Of a stretch of 64,000 bases of DNA, positions 44,240 through 55,484 are shown piece by piece. Within the stretch, counting starts at the first letter, position 1. Every line of letters begins with the position of its first letter. A program made the translations under genes and the position numbers. A model generated the notes under the pieces. The model saw only the letters and a program-made list of their open reading frames with translations, had not been told where the DNA came from and did no database searches. Source of the DNA: Trypanosoma brucei (Eukaryota); assembly GCA_000002445.1 (NCBI GenBank), contig CP000071.1:640001-704000 (forward strand), read 5' to 3'.

Positions 44240-44927
44240 AAAAGCTGTGACGTGCGACATATGTTCCCAGAAGTGTGGTATGCCGGACCAAGGTGTTAGA
44301 CTATCGAGACTTTTAACTTTTTTTCTTACTCCTTCATACCTCTGTTCCTACTTGCCAAAGTCGAATCCCTGTTTGCTGGATTGCCCCACCCGCGCAAAGA
44401 GGGGTACGCGGCAAAAGGGCAAAAATCGCTTGCTGGTGACCAATGAGATGAATGTAATTGACTGCCGGATGATAGCGCAGGCGCCGCCCTTGAGATGACG
44501 GTAAAACATGGACATCCACGTGTCTGTGCCTTTGTAACGTCGCGCTTTGCTGTCTGGGCAGGCATTGTGACCGCCTGCAGTTGTCTAGTTGTTGATATGT
44601 TTCCAGTATTCAGGGTACGCGTTTTTATCCATTTCCCCCGTCATTTGTTTGTTTTTCTCTATTCGTTCTTGCAACTGTTCCCCTCGCAAGTATCTTCCCT
44701 GCTGATTTGGAAGCCGGTGACCTATTTCGGTGCACTGGGTAGCGTGAAGACAACGATGCGGTGACCAGTATACATGTATATATGGATCTGTAGAAGATGT
44801 AAATTTGAAAAGGATGCATTTTTTTCTTTTTGATCAAAACATTACCCATTACTTTGCTTGGTTGGTTGTCCTTTCACTTTGTTCACCATTTTCTCCCACT
44901 TTTTATCAGTTGTTTGAAGGAAGTACA

Positions 44928-45950
44928 ATGAAATTCAAAGCAACAGTACGAGATCGCCGGATGTTAGTGGCCCTGTGTGAGGCATGCCGCCGCTCGGAGA
45001 ACGGTGGTGTCGTTTTAAAGCTTCACGCATCACGGATTCGTGTTTTCACGCGCACTCGGGCCGGGAGCGACATACAGGTTGTTGCTGTTTGCCGCACAGA
45101 TGTTGTTTTTGGTGAATTCAAGGCGCAGCTTGCTGGAAGGAACTCTAGATCCAAGGCTGCGGCAGAGGACGATGCAGATGATGGCGATGCGATATACTGT
45201 GAAATAGCGGACACAAGACGGCTGACACACGTGTTACGGCAGTCGGAACGTTGCCAATTAATCTCCATCAAACTGTCGACCAACCAAAAACGTCGACCGG
45301 TACTTCGAGTGTCTCTGGGAGACACGCAGACAAACCTCGACGTAAGTCACGACGTCCCCGTGGAGGTGTTAGGGTCCAATGAGGCAAGAAGCCTTAGTGC
45401 TCCCTCGCTAAGCTGTGCCGCGAGGCCGCTGGTGCTAGACGGACTTCTTGAACTGGCAACATTTGTGGATAGGGCCCGGTGCGCCTCCTGTGAGCAGGTT
45501 ACATTCTCCGCGTGGAAAAACAAAAGCAGCAGCAAAGGTAGTAAGGACTGCAACAATGCTGGTTCACCTGTCTACACTCTCCTCATTGAAGCAGAATGCT
45601 TTCTCGGTAGTTTTGCTCTTGAATACAATTCCCTAACAGTGGCGAAGGAGGGCGAGGAAGAGGAAGAGGAAGAGGAGGAGGAGGAGGAGGAAGAGAAAGA
45701 AGGAGCCGAGGGGGCTCCAGGAACACCTGGCGACACCGAAAGCTTTGTGGAAGCGCAAGGAAGTAAACAGGGGCCTCTTTTAGCCAGCGTTACGGTAGAG
45801 GCGAGGGCGCTCGCACGGTTTTTGCCCATTCGTGATTTGACAGTGGATTTCGTATGGTTGTACCTCGATCACCAAAAGGCAATTGTCATGTACATCTGTG
45901 CCTCCGGATGCACAAAGCTTTTGGGTTGCATACCGGCTGTAACAAATTGA
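44928..45950 (+). CDS. HUS1: HUS1-like checkpoint clamp (9-1-1 complex) subunit with an inserted poly-Glu acidic stretch
   Basis: [14 protein letters not shown]... start matches the HUS1 N-terminus MKF(R/K)A..VD. [42 protein letters not shown] parallels HUS1 [47 protein letters not shown] parallels HDIPIKVI. Start chosen at the ATG after the pyrimidine tract. Confidence 0.55.
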   Translation: [340 protein letters not shown]

Positions 45951-46482
45951 AAATCCAATGAATGGACACATTCAACCTCTTGTTGGCTAACAAGTGGCTT
46001 TACGGGAGCCCTTTTGCAAACTTTTGAGTCCCCGTTAATCACGTCCTCACACTCGTCTTGCGACTCCAACTGGGAATCACGTTGTACCACATTTGCTTTA
46101 CGAGTTGGTTGGGGGAAGGCGGCCGCCACACAATATCCCCTCTTTCGTGTTACTTAGTGAAGGGAAATTCGAGGTGCATTGTCCTGATTCCCAAATTTGC
46201 GCGTACGTGGTGTCGTGACCGTACTTCCCCCTTTTCCTTTGCCCCTCTTAAACTCTCCTGATTTACTTCCCTCTATTTATTATCGAGCCCCTCATCTGTA
46301 GTCCTATCCAATTTTTGGTGTGACATTTGTACCGCAGAAATTTCCCTCTGCCTGAATTTTGCTACGTCGTTTTCTTTTTTTTTCTTATTTTCAATCTCCG
46401 ACGTCTCACCATCCTGTGAACCTCTACTTGCACCCACACACGTTTCCATGCAACAGGTCGCGGTCGCATAAACCTTAAGGGA

Positions 46483-47904
46483 ATGCGGCGGGCTTCGCAT
46501 GTTTGCACGTCGTGTGAACTGCTGGGTTTCCAGAAGCAATTTCTCATGCTCTCCAACCGCGGTAATAGCAGTGGTGATAATGACGTCATCGATACAAGTG
46601 GCGGCAAGTTCCGCAACGGCAATGGGGATGGAAAAGACGACGATGTTGTGACACCATGGAATGTTTCTGCCACCGGAGTGCGGGGTGTCAACTATGATCG
46701 TGTGTTGGTGCGATTTAAGTCCCAACCTATCGGTGAGCCACTGTTAAAAAGGATGCAGGATGTTTGTGTTGAAAGAGTGAAATGCAATAATAGCGAAAGA
46801 GGACACAATGCGGAAAGGAGTGCAGTGGGTGAAGAGGTGCAGCCATTGCATCACTTCTTCAGGCGTGGCATAGCCTTTTCGCACAGAGATTTTGACATCG
46901 CACTGACCAACGTGCAGGAAGCCTTAAGATCGGGAACTCAGGGAGCGTATTTATACACTGGTCGCGGTCCGAGTACGCGGACAATGCATCTTGGACACGT
47001 GATACCCTTTATGCTTACGCGCTACCTGCAGGATGCGCTCGGGCTGCCGCTAGTCATCCAAATCACCGACGATGAGAAGTTTTTTTTTCGCGATGTACCG
47101 TTGCATGACAACCGATGCTCGGACGGAATTGATATTGTAACCGAAAACATAAAGGATATTATTGCATTTGGCTTTGACCCTAAACGGACGTTTATTTTCC
47201 GGAACACCTCCTACATGGGTAGCATGTATCCTACCGTTGTTCGCCTGCAGCGCACAATGACACTCAGTGCCGTGAAGAATACGCTGGGATTGATCGATAA
47301 TGACAATATCGGGAAAGCCTCCTTCGCTGCTACTCAAGCAGCGCCTTGCTTCAGTAGCTCCTTTCCGTGCATCCTTGGAGAACAAGATTTTGAAAAGCCT
47401 CTACAGTGTATTGTGCCATGTGCCATTGATCAGGATCCGTACTTCGTTCTGGCGCGGGCATCGGCATCCCGCATGAAGTATCGAGCTCCCGCACTACTGC
47501 ATACAAAATTCCTTCCAGCTTTGAAGGGGATGAGACTAAAGATGAGTAGTAGTGCCGAGGAGAGCGGTGTGATAACATTGCACGACTCACCGGAGCAAGT
47601 ACAAAAGAAGATGAAGAAGGCTTTCTCCGGCGGTAGTGGGACACTGGACGACATGAAGACGAAAGGCGTGGATTTGGAGGCCGATGTGGCCTACCAATTC
47701 ATTCGGTTTTTCTCTCCGGACGACGAGATGGTTGGGGAGGTATCGGCAAAGTATGTGGTTGGTGAGATGAACAGCTGTTATGTGAAGAGCTTAGCCGCAG
47801 ATGTTGTCGTCCGGCATGTGCTGCGCAACTGGCAAGCGAAGCGAAAGCTGGTGACAGATGAGGAGGTTCGGCGGTTTACGGAGGTGCGCAACATTATGGC
47901 GTAG
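46483..47904 (+). CDS. tryptophanyl-tRNA synthetase (class I), with N-terminal extension consistent with the mitochondrial isoform
   Basis: HIGH-type motif TGRGPSTRTMHLGHVIPF; KMSKS-type motif KMSSSAEESG; about 90-aa Arg/Ser-rich N-terminal presequence-like extension. Confidence 0.85.
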   Translation: MRRASHVCTSCELLGFQKQFLMLSNRGNSSGDNDVIDTSGGKFRNGNGDGKDDDVVTPWNVSATGVRGVNYDRVLVRFKSQPIGEPLLKRMQDVCVERVKCNNSERGHNAERSAVGEEVQPLHHFFRRGIAFSHRDFDIALTNVQEALRSGTQGAYLYTGRGPSTRTMHLGHVIPFMLTRYLQDALGLPLVIQITDDEKFFFRDVPLHDNRCSDGIDIVTENIKDIIAFGFDPKRTFIFRNTSYMGSMYPTVVRLQRTMTLSAVKNTLGLIDNDNIGKASFAATQAAPCFSSSFPCILGEQDFEKPLQCIVPCAIDQDPYFVLARASASRMKYRAPALLHTKFLPALKGMRLKMSSSAEESGVITLHDSPEQVQKKMKKAFSGGSGTLDDMKTKGVDLEADVAYQFIRFFSPDDEMVGEVSAKYVVGEMNSCYVKSLAADVVVRHVLRNWQAKRKLVTDEEVRRFTEVRNIMA

Positions 47905-48145
47905 GGAGGTTTCGGGGGCGGAAAGGTAGTACAACACCGAGGTCGGTGGGTTCTGAATTTCCCGCATGTTTTTATCGTTTTTTTTTAAATTTGTTGGCCC
48001 GCCATCTTGCTCGGAGTTTTTAAAAAAAAAGTCAAAAGTTTGCGTGTGTGAGCCGGAACGCCCCTCCATTTTTTTTTTGCGGATAGTATCCCCCTGATCG
48101 ATAGGAATCGATAATTTTTGTGCGCAGGTTAATCATAGAGAGGTA

Positions 48146-50689
48146 ATGGACGCGCAAGTTGGAGTTGTTCAGCAACCGGTGACCACTAGTTCAACGATTT
48201 GGGTTGGGGAATGTCAATGTCCAAAATGGAAAAAATCTACCCACCGTGCGGTTGAGCAAAACCTGACGACTTCACTAGAATGCGGTGGAGAAAGAGATGC
48301 ACTCCTTGATGTTGCTTGCGGAAGTGGCATTGACATAGATTCTTTCCTTAGAGAGAAGTGGATTCGTGTAGCATTTACTTCTAGTTTCGGAAGTAACAGT
48401 AGGGTCCGCGTGCGGGCGAGAAGGGTGAGGATAGGTAGCCATGAGTTTGTCGTGGTGGAACGGAACGTTTTTGGGTGTGATGACTCGGTATATCGAAAGG
48501 ATAACAAACTTTGGGAGGGTTTGCCCCGTGGGCAGGCCTGCGTATTTGTCGAATCGGGCGACAGGGCTGGGTTTATACCCATAGGTAGACTTCAAGGCCT
48601 GCGGAAGTTCAATTCCTTCGACGGACCATATGGTATTAGGGGAAGGCAACCCGTTAGTGCTGTTGCGATGGAGGCCATCGACGGGGACTGTGGTCATATC
48701 TCTGCGTTCGTGCACACTGGAGAGCGGTATTGGCTTGTTGGGAACAAAGATACTCACCTATTAGTAAGCTTCAGTGTACCAGAGAAAGATATATTCTCCA
48801 ACACCGCCGAAGGTGGTGCCATAACGAATGAGGGGGACAAGCCACTTCAGGGGGCTAACTATTCACCTCCGTCGCTAGCGGTGCGGATAGCAAGGCTCTG
48901 GGGTCAAACGCTTCGAGCACTTCCCGATGAAAAATCATTCGGTTTGCATGAGTTTTTGTCTTCAAACAGGTACACGGCTTGCTTCGACGCTGTGCTACAG
49001 GACTGTGGACACCTTGTCGACTACGGTGAAGATGAACTTCTACAGTTTTACGCTCTGACCCAAAGTGGTGAATCGCTAGCAGAGGGCTTGTGCGTGGATC
49101 CAGTTAGCGCTATAGTAAACCTGCAGTCCTTTGGTCTTCGTGTAGTCCCCTTCCATAGTGAGCAATGCTCATCAGTACCTGAAATTCTGGATCTTGGAAC
49201 GGACGAGTATTCGCAGTACGGGGGCCAGGTTGCGCGTCGTCTGAACTGCAGAGGAGCGGTTATGTACGGCTTGGACGCCCAGGGCATTGTGGTTCGGTTG
49301 TGGAAGTTACCTTCGCACGCATACGTGGTTGAGCGTGCGGCACAGGAGGCCATTGTGACGCATCGCCTGAGCGGTACCGTCTTGCGCGACAAGTTGCGGA
49401 GGAAGTTAGACCGCTTGCCGAAAGAAATACGACGATGTGTCACTGAATGGAGTTCAGCCCGTCTTGAGCCATTGTTGAACCTTGCAGCGTGGTTGCACAT
49501 TATGGGGAAAGTAACACCGGAGGTTGGCCTCGATGGATTGCAGGAGGTCCGTCGCAGTTGGATAACACTTCAACAGCAACTTGTGAAGCACACAAAGGAC
49601 ATGCGTGAGCACTTACAACTGTACGAGCCCCCAGTGGCCGAGGCAGCTATCAATAACCCGGACGTCATCATGTGTGTGGGGCCACAAGGTTGTGGCAAGT
49701 CCACGTTTTGTCGCGCTTTCTGTGTCTTACTCCAGAAGGTAGGTCAGAAGCCTCGTTGGATCAACCAGGACGAAGTGGGTGGTCGAAATGAGTTTATCGA
49801 GGCCATCCGACGTGCCAAGGAATCCGACTGTACACATATTCTTATAGATAAAATGAATCTTGACGATGCGGCACGAAATGCTGACTACGCCTCTTTCAAC
49901 CTAAAAACGATAACCGTCGCTTGGGTACATCCTTGTGATGTAGACGTTATGGTAAGTACGTGCCTAGAAAGAGTATGCCATCGCGGCAATGCACATCGCA
50001 CATTCAGAGGAACCGTCTCCCCGGGGAAAAAGAGGAAAATGATGACAATTATCCGTGGGTGTGTACAGCGATGCGAACCACCAACAACAGGGATTGTTAT
50101 TGAGGCCAATGTCTTGGACCCCCCGGCCATAACCATAGAATCTGTGTGGAAAGGTCTCTGCCGACACACAATGTCTGAACTTCCAGATATTAAAGATCTT
50201 TCCGTTGCCGACGCGTTGGAAATTGCTCGTAGGTACGAATTACTCTTGTCACACTCATCGCGTCCCTTCAATTGCGGCATCATAAAGGTTGTGAATTCAG
50301 AACTTCTTGTCGCCCTTGTGCCTGCAGATTACCTTGAGGGCAAAAAAATGCGCAAGGAACTCGACATCAGCACAATCTATCTTGGTGACAGATCCCATTT
50401 CGATCTTACGCTTCTGTCAGAGTTACAAACGTTGGAAGGTACTTCCATCCAGGTGGCACCTGTCCGTATCGCGTCCGACGCAAAGGCAACAGCAATTGAA
50501 ATTCGTAACAATAACGAATTCCCATGCCAAAATGCACACCCACACATTACCATTGCTACTGCTCCCGGTGTACCAGCGAAGTATAGCAATGAGCTGCTAA
50601 GCAAAGTAAGCACTGAAACAAGCGACATCAAGGTAATGGAGGTGTCACCTGATGTATCCATTTCAGGTGTGTTTCAGTTTGTGCGGTGA
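48146..50689 (+). CDS. multidomain protein: about 480-aa N-terminal domain, then polynucleotide-kinase-like P-loop, then C-terminal LigT/CNPase-like 2H domain. The architecture resembles CNPase and the kinase-CPD module of Trl1-type tRNA ligase
   Basis: Walker A VIMCVGPQGCGKSTF at about aa 510, with downstream D-x-x-N-L-D (HILIDKMNLDD). The C-terminal 150 aa are homologous to genes A and B: motif 2 HPHITIATAP is intact, motif 1 is ELDISTIYLGD (His to Asp). The last about 260 nt and the 3' flank are identical to gene B. Confidence 0.7.
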   Translation: MDAQVGVVQQPVTTSSTIWVGECQCPKWKKSTHRAVEQNLTTSLECGGERDALLDVACGSGIDIDSFLREKWIRVAFTSSFGSNSRVRVRARRVRIGSHEFVVVERNVFGCDDSVYRKDNKLWEGLPRGQACVFVESGDRAGFIPIGRLQGLRKFNSFDGPYGIRGRQPVSAVAMEAIDGDCGHISAFVHTGERYWLVGNKDTHLLVSFSVPEKDIFSNTAEGGAITNEGDKPLQGANYSPPSLAVRIARLWGQTLRALPDEKSFGLHEFLSSNRYTACFDAVLQDCGHLVDYGEDELLQFYALTQSGESLAEGLCVDPVSAIVNLQSFGLRVVPFHSEQCSSVPEILDLGTDEYSQYGGQVARRLNCRGAVMYGLDAQGIVVRLWKLPSHAYVVERAAQEAIVTHRLSGTVLRDKLRRKLDRLPKEIRRCVTEWSSARLEPLLNLAAWLHIMGKVTPEVGLDGLQEVRRSWITLQQQLVKHTKDMREHLQLYEPPVAEAAINNPDVIMCVGPQGCGKSTFCRAFCVLLQKVGQKPRWINQDEVGGRNEFIEAIRRAKESDCTHILIDKMNLDDAARNADYASFNLKTITVAWVHPCDVDVMVSTCLERVCHRGNAHRTFRGTVSPGKKRKMMTIIRGCVQRCEPPTTGIVIEANVLDPPAITIESVWKGLCRHTMSELPDIKDLSVADALEIARRYELLLSHSSRPFNCGIIKVVNSELLVALVPADYLEGKKMRKELDISTIYLGDRSHFDLTLLSELQTLEGTSIQVAPVRIASDAKATAIEIRNNNEFPCQNAHPHITIATAPGVPAKYSNELLSKVSTETSDIKVMEVSPDVSISGVFQFVR

Positions 50690-51293
50690 TGAACACCTCT
50701 TTCTTCATGTTCTTTTCGGTATAACCTACAGAAGTAACGATGAGTACATTAACGGTTGTTGTTTGTTGTGCTCATCGATGAGGCATTAATACCACCCTTT
50801 GTTTTTCCTTTTTTTCTTCTTTGAATCATTAATAAATTTTATCTTGCTTTGTACAAACAATTTTACGTGATTTATTTTGTCCTTAGACGTAGACAATAAT
50901 TTTGATGATAGTGTTTATGTGGACGAATATATTTCTTTGCAATTCACGATTGGATCCAAGTATATTGATGGGAACTTGTGACTTAGGGGAAACGAGTGGT
51001 GTGCTGACATGCTCTCGCAGCACTGATATTCCCCCATAATGCTATGCACTCTGAACTGCATGTGTTGTGTCTGTGTGTATGTGTATACATGGTGTGTCGT
51101 ATGTCCTTTTTGTCTCTATACAACAATAACCTTATACTACGCATCTTGTTACATTCCAACTTTTTCTCTCTAAAAATATACCTAATTTTACAACAAATTA
51201 GGAGGAGGAGGAGTGTGTCTTAACATTGTTTATGTGCCGTATCGTGATGACAGATATTCAGCTGACGCCACACTCATCGGATGTAAGAAGATG

Positions 51294-51710
51294 TGCCAGT
51301 GATTATACGTAATGTCTTTGCTACAGGTGATTGTACGATATGACCATACCGACTAAACCAACCGAGATCAATGAGGCATGAAATGTTCCCGCCCCGTTTT
51401 CAATTAAGTGACGGTGTGATTACAGACAGGATGTAAGTGAGTCAATGTCAATATCTCCGTATTACACCATGAGGACTATTGTCCCCCGTGTCTGACCGCC
51501 GCTTCCACCTCCTCTCTCCCTTCTTTTCTCCTTTCTTGTTTCTTCTCTTTCACTTACACATGATGTCATTTCGTATTCTGCAATACTGACAATAACTTGA
51601 GCGAGACAAGACATATTTGACTACTGGCAACTGAAACCCGCCACCCTCTCGGATTCTTTGGTCCTCCACTAGTTACTCAACGGTATTTCACTTTAGCTCA
51701 GCGTATATAT
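51294..51710 (+). repeat. X element copy 3
   Basis: Same sequence as 13500-13915. Confidence 0.85.
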
Positions 51711-52158
51711 GAATATAACGTCCACGGAGCTATAAGATGTTCCCATTACCTACCTTTATTGTTATCACGAGGCTCAAAAGAACACACTGAGCGTGTACCA
51801 ATGCCCAGTGAGTGGGACAGCCATCGAAGATAAGTGTTTGTTTTACGGCAATGAGGTTCGAATGCGCCTGACGGTTTTTGTCCGACGTGGTGTGGGAAAC
51901 GCCTCAAAGAAGTTACTGCACCTACACCTTCATTTTCACGGGTATATATTATCCCTGGTCACTAATTGATGTTTGGTATGTTTAATCTGTCACTGAACAC
52001 TACTCACTTGTTTCCCCAGTGTAAGTGTGTCATCTTTCCCGTCTGTGCATTCACATGAATTTTAACTTTTATTACTCATAAATTATGTTTTGCCTCAATT
52101 ATATAGACACCGCTTTATACGCAATTTTAAGCAAGGAAGTCCAACAAGGTGAATTATA

Positions 52159-52758
52159 ATGGGTTGTGGAGGTTCAGCTCCTGCTAACAAAGACAGGCAT
52201 GTGGGTGCAGATCCACCAAAACCTTCAGAGCATTCGGAACATTCAAAACCTTCAGATCCTTCAGATCCTGCTGATGCTACTCGTATTCACAAAATCTGTA
52301 CACTTCCACTACATGACAAGGATAAGCCAGTTGCTGCTGCAGCAATTAGGGTTACCGACCCCAAGTGTATTTCGGATATTTTACCTCCGGAATTCCTTGA
52401 GGGAAAGAAGGTGCATAATGAATTTTGTGCAATTACTCTCTCCTTCGATGATGGAAAGCCGGAGGATGAAGGCCTTTTTGAGAAGTTGAAGGAATTGGAA
52501 GGTACTTCCATCGAATTGAAACCAACCCATATTGTGATGAATGAAAAAGTCGCCGCCATTGGGGTGTGTAATAATGATGAATTCCCCTGCCAGGACGCAC
52601 ACCCGCATATCCTCGTTGCAACTGCTCCAGATGCCACACAGGAGGATATTGATGATGTAACCAAGAAAGGAAAGATTGAGATATTTTGCGCGAGAAAACT
52701 TCCCGATCTGCCACCTGATATCACCATCCCAGGTGAGTTTCGTTTCATGCACTGGTGA
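52159..52758 (+). CDS. acylated 2H-phosphoesterase-like protein, A-type, copy 2
   Basis: 199 aa; differs from copy 1 at a few residues (ATRIHKICTLP vs ATRFKQFCTLP; KGKIEIF vs KGKIKIF). Confidence 0.75.
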   Translation: MGCGGSAPANKDRHVGADPPKPSEHSEHSKPSDPSDPADATRIHKICTLPLHDKDKPVAAAAIRVTDPKCISDILPPEFLEGKKVHNEFCAITLSFDDGKPEDEGLFEKLKELEGTSIELKPTHIVMNEKVAAIGVCNNDEFPCQDAHPHILVATAPDATQEDIDDVTKKGKIEIFCARKLPDLPPDITIPGEFRFMHW

Positions 52759-53821
52759 GTATTTCCCTGTTCCTTGTGTTTCAATGGTTTCACAAGAGTA
52801 CATATGAATTGTTGTAAGTGTGCTGGCAGTTGCTGTTACTCTGATCGATCAAAGAGTTAGTGGTACTGCGCTTCATTACTTTATTACTTTTGCTATTTTG
52901 TTTTACGAATTTACTTGCCTTTGTCCCTTCTTACTTTCCTTTTGATAACCTTTAGATATTTGCGTGTGGAGGTTTTGGTTTACTGTTATACACATCTGGG
53001 GCTATATTCCCTTCATTTGAATTTTATTATTGCGGTATTGACTTTTTCTTTCAAAGAAGATGATGAACGTTGGAATAACGAATAGGGACGATACGAGGGG
53101 AATGAAGAAAAGGCAGAAAAATGATACGGAGAGGAGGGAAAGACAAAATACAAACAATATGTGGGAGAGATATTTTTGCTTTGCTTTGGTTTGATATCTG
53201 TTTTGTTTGTTTTTTTTTCGTTGTGTTCGATGTTTTTTTGATCTTATTTTCCGAGACTTTATTATACAGGATTTGTTTAACTTATGTACTTTATTACCTA
53301 TTGCTTGTGTGCCATTGTTGTGTTACTATGAAACATTTATTGGTGTGGCAGAGTAAAATGTGTTTTGGCATTGCTTTCCACAAGTAACCGAAGGGCACCA
53401 AATATTTGCTACGGGAGAGCACTGAAATGAAAGGAAACAACTAAACACACTGAGCGTGTACCAATGCCCAGTGAGTGGGACAGCCATCGAAGATAAGTGT
53501 TTGTTTTACGGCAATGAGGTTCGAATGCGCCTGACGGTTTTTGTCCGACGTGGTGTGGGAAACGCCTCAAAGAAGTTACTGCACCTACACCTTCATTTTC
53601 ACGGGTATATATTATCCCTTGTCACTAATTGATGTTTGGTATGTTTAATCTGTCACTGAACACTACTCACTTGTTTCCCCAGTGTAAGTGTGTCATCTTT
53701 CCCGTCTGTGCATTCACATGAATTTTAACTTTTATTACTCATAAATTATGTTTTGCCTCAATTATATAGACACCGCTTTATACGCAATTTTAAGCAAGGA
53801 AGTCCAACAAGGTGAATTATA

Positions 53822-54421
53822 ATGGGTTGTGGAGGTTCAGCTCCTGCTAACAAAAACAGGCATGTGGGTGCAGATCCACCAAAACCTTCAGAGCATTCGG
53901 AACATTCAAAACCTTCAGATCCTTCAGATCCTGCTGATGCTACTCGTATTCACAAAATCTGTACACTTCCACTACATGACAAGGATAAGCCAGTTGCTGC
54001 TGCAGCAATTAGGGTTACCGACCCCAAGTGTATTTCGGATATTTTACCTCCGGAATTCCTTGAGGGAAAGAAGGTGCATAATGAATTTTGTGCAATTACT
54101 CTCTCCTTCGATGATGGAAAGCCGGAGGATGAAGGCCTTTTTGAGAAGTTGAAGGAATTGGAAGGTACTTCCATCGAATTGAAACCAACCCATATTGTGA
54201 TGAATGAAAAAGTCGCCGCCATTGGGGTGTGTAACAATGATGAATTCCCCTGCCAGGACGCACACCCGCATATCCTCGTTGCAACTGCTCCAGATGCCAC
54301 ACAGGAGGATATTGATGATGTAACCAAGAAAGGAAAGATTAAGATATTTTGCGCGAGAAAACTTCCCGATCTGCCACCTGATATCACTATCCCAGGTGAG
54401 TTTCGTTTCATGCACTGGTGA
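53822..54421 (+). CDS. acylated 2H-phosphoesterase-like protein, A-type, copy 3
   Basis: 199 aa; ANKNRHVG variant, KGKIKIF. Confidence 0.75.
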   Translation: MGCGGSAPANKNRHVGADPPKPSEHSEHSKPSDPSDPADATRIHKICTLPLHDKDKPVAAAAIRVTDPKCISDILPPEFLEGKKVHNEFCAITLSFDDGKPEDEGLFEKLKELEGTSIELKPTHIVMNEKVAAIGVCNNDEFPCQDAHPHILVATAPDATQEDIDDVTKKGKIKIFCARKLPDLPPDITIPGEFRFMHW

Positions 54422-55484
54422 GTATTTCCCTGTTCCTTGTGTTTCAATGGTTTCACAAGAGTACATATGAATTGTTGTAGGTGTGCTGGCAGTTGCTGTT
54501 ACTCTGATCGATCAAAGAGTTAGTGGTACTGCGCTTCATTACTTTATTACTTTTGCTATTTTGTTTTACGAATTTACTTGCCTTTGTCCCTTCTTACTTT
54601 CCTTTTGATAACCTTTAGATATTTGCGTGTGGAGGTTTTGGTTTACTGTTATACACATCTGGGGCTATATTCCCTTCATTTGAATTTTATTATTGCGGTA
54701 TTGACTTTTTCTTTCAAAGAAGATGATGAACGTTGGAATAACGAATAGGGACGATACGAGGGGAATGAAGAAAAGGCAGAAAAATGATACGGAGGGGAGG
54801 GAAAGACAAAATACAAACAATATGTGGGAGAGATATTTTTGCTTTGCTTTGGTTTGATATCTGTTTTGTTTGTTTTTTTTTCGTTGTGTTCGATGTTTTT
54901 TTGATCTTATTTTCCGAGACTTTATTATACAGGATTTGTTTAACTTATGTACTTTATTACCTATTGCTTGTGTGCCATTGTTGTGTTACTATGAAACATT
55001 TATTGGTGTGGCAGAATAAAATGTGTTTTGGCATTGCTTTCCACAAGTAACCGAAGGGCACCAAATATTTGCTACGGGAGAGCACTGAAATGAAAGGAAA
55101 CAACTAAACACACTGAGCGTGTACCAATGCCCAGTGAGTGGGACAGCCATCGAAGATAAGTGTTTGTTTTACGGCAATGAGGTTCGAATGCGCCTGACGG
55201 TTTTTGTCCGACGTGGTGTGGGAAACGCCTCAAAGAAGTTACTGCACCTACACCTTCATTTTCACGGGTATATATTATCCCTGGTCACTAATTGATGTTT
55301 GGTATGTTTAATCTGTCACTGAACACTACTCACTTGTTTCCCCAGTGTAAGTGTGTCATCTTTCCCGTCTGTGCATTCACATGAATTTTAACTTTTATTA
55401 CTCATAAATTATGTTTTGCCTCAATTATATAGACACCGCTTTATACGCAATTTTAAGCAAGGAAGTCCAACAAGGTGAATTATA

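Noticed and set aside
53121-53387. 88-aa ORF (MIRRGGKDKIQ...) repeated at 15367, 54784 and 56447 in the A downstream flank
   Set aside because: The translation is Phe/Leu/Cys-rich, as expected from reading a T-rich polypyrimidine UTR. Its conservation is explained by the tandem duplication itself, not selection.
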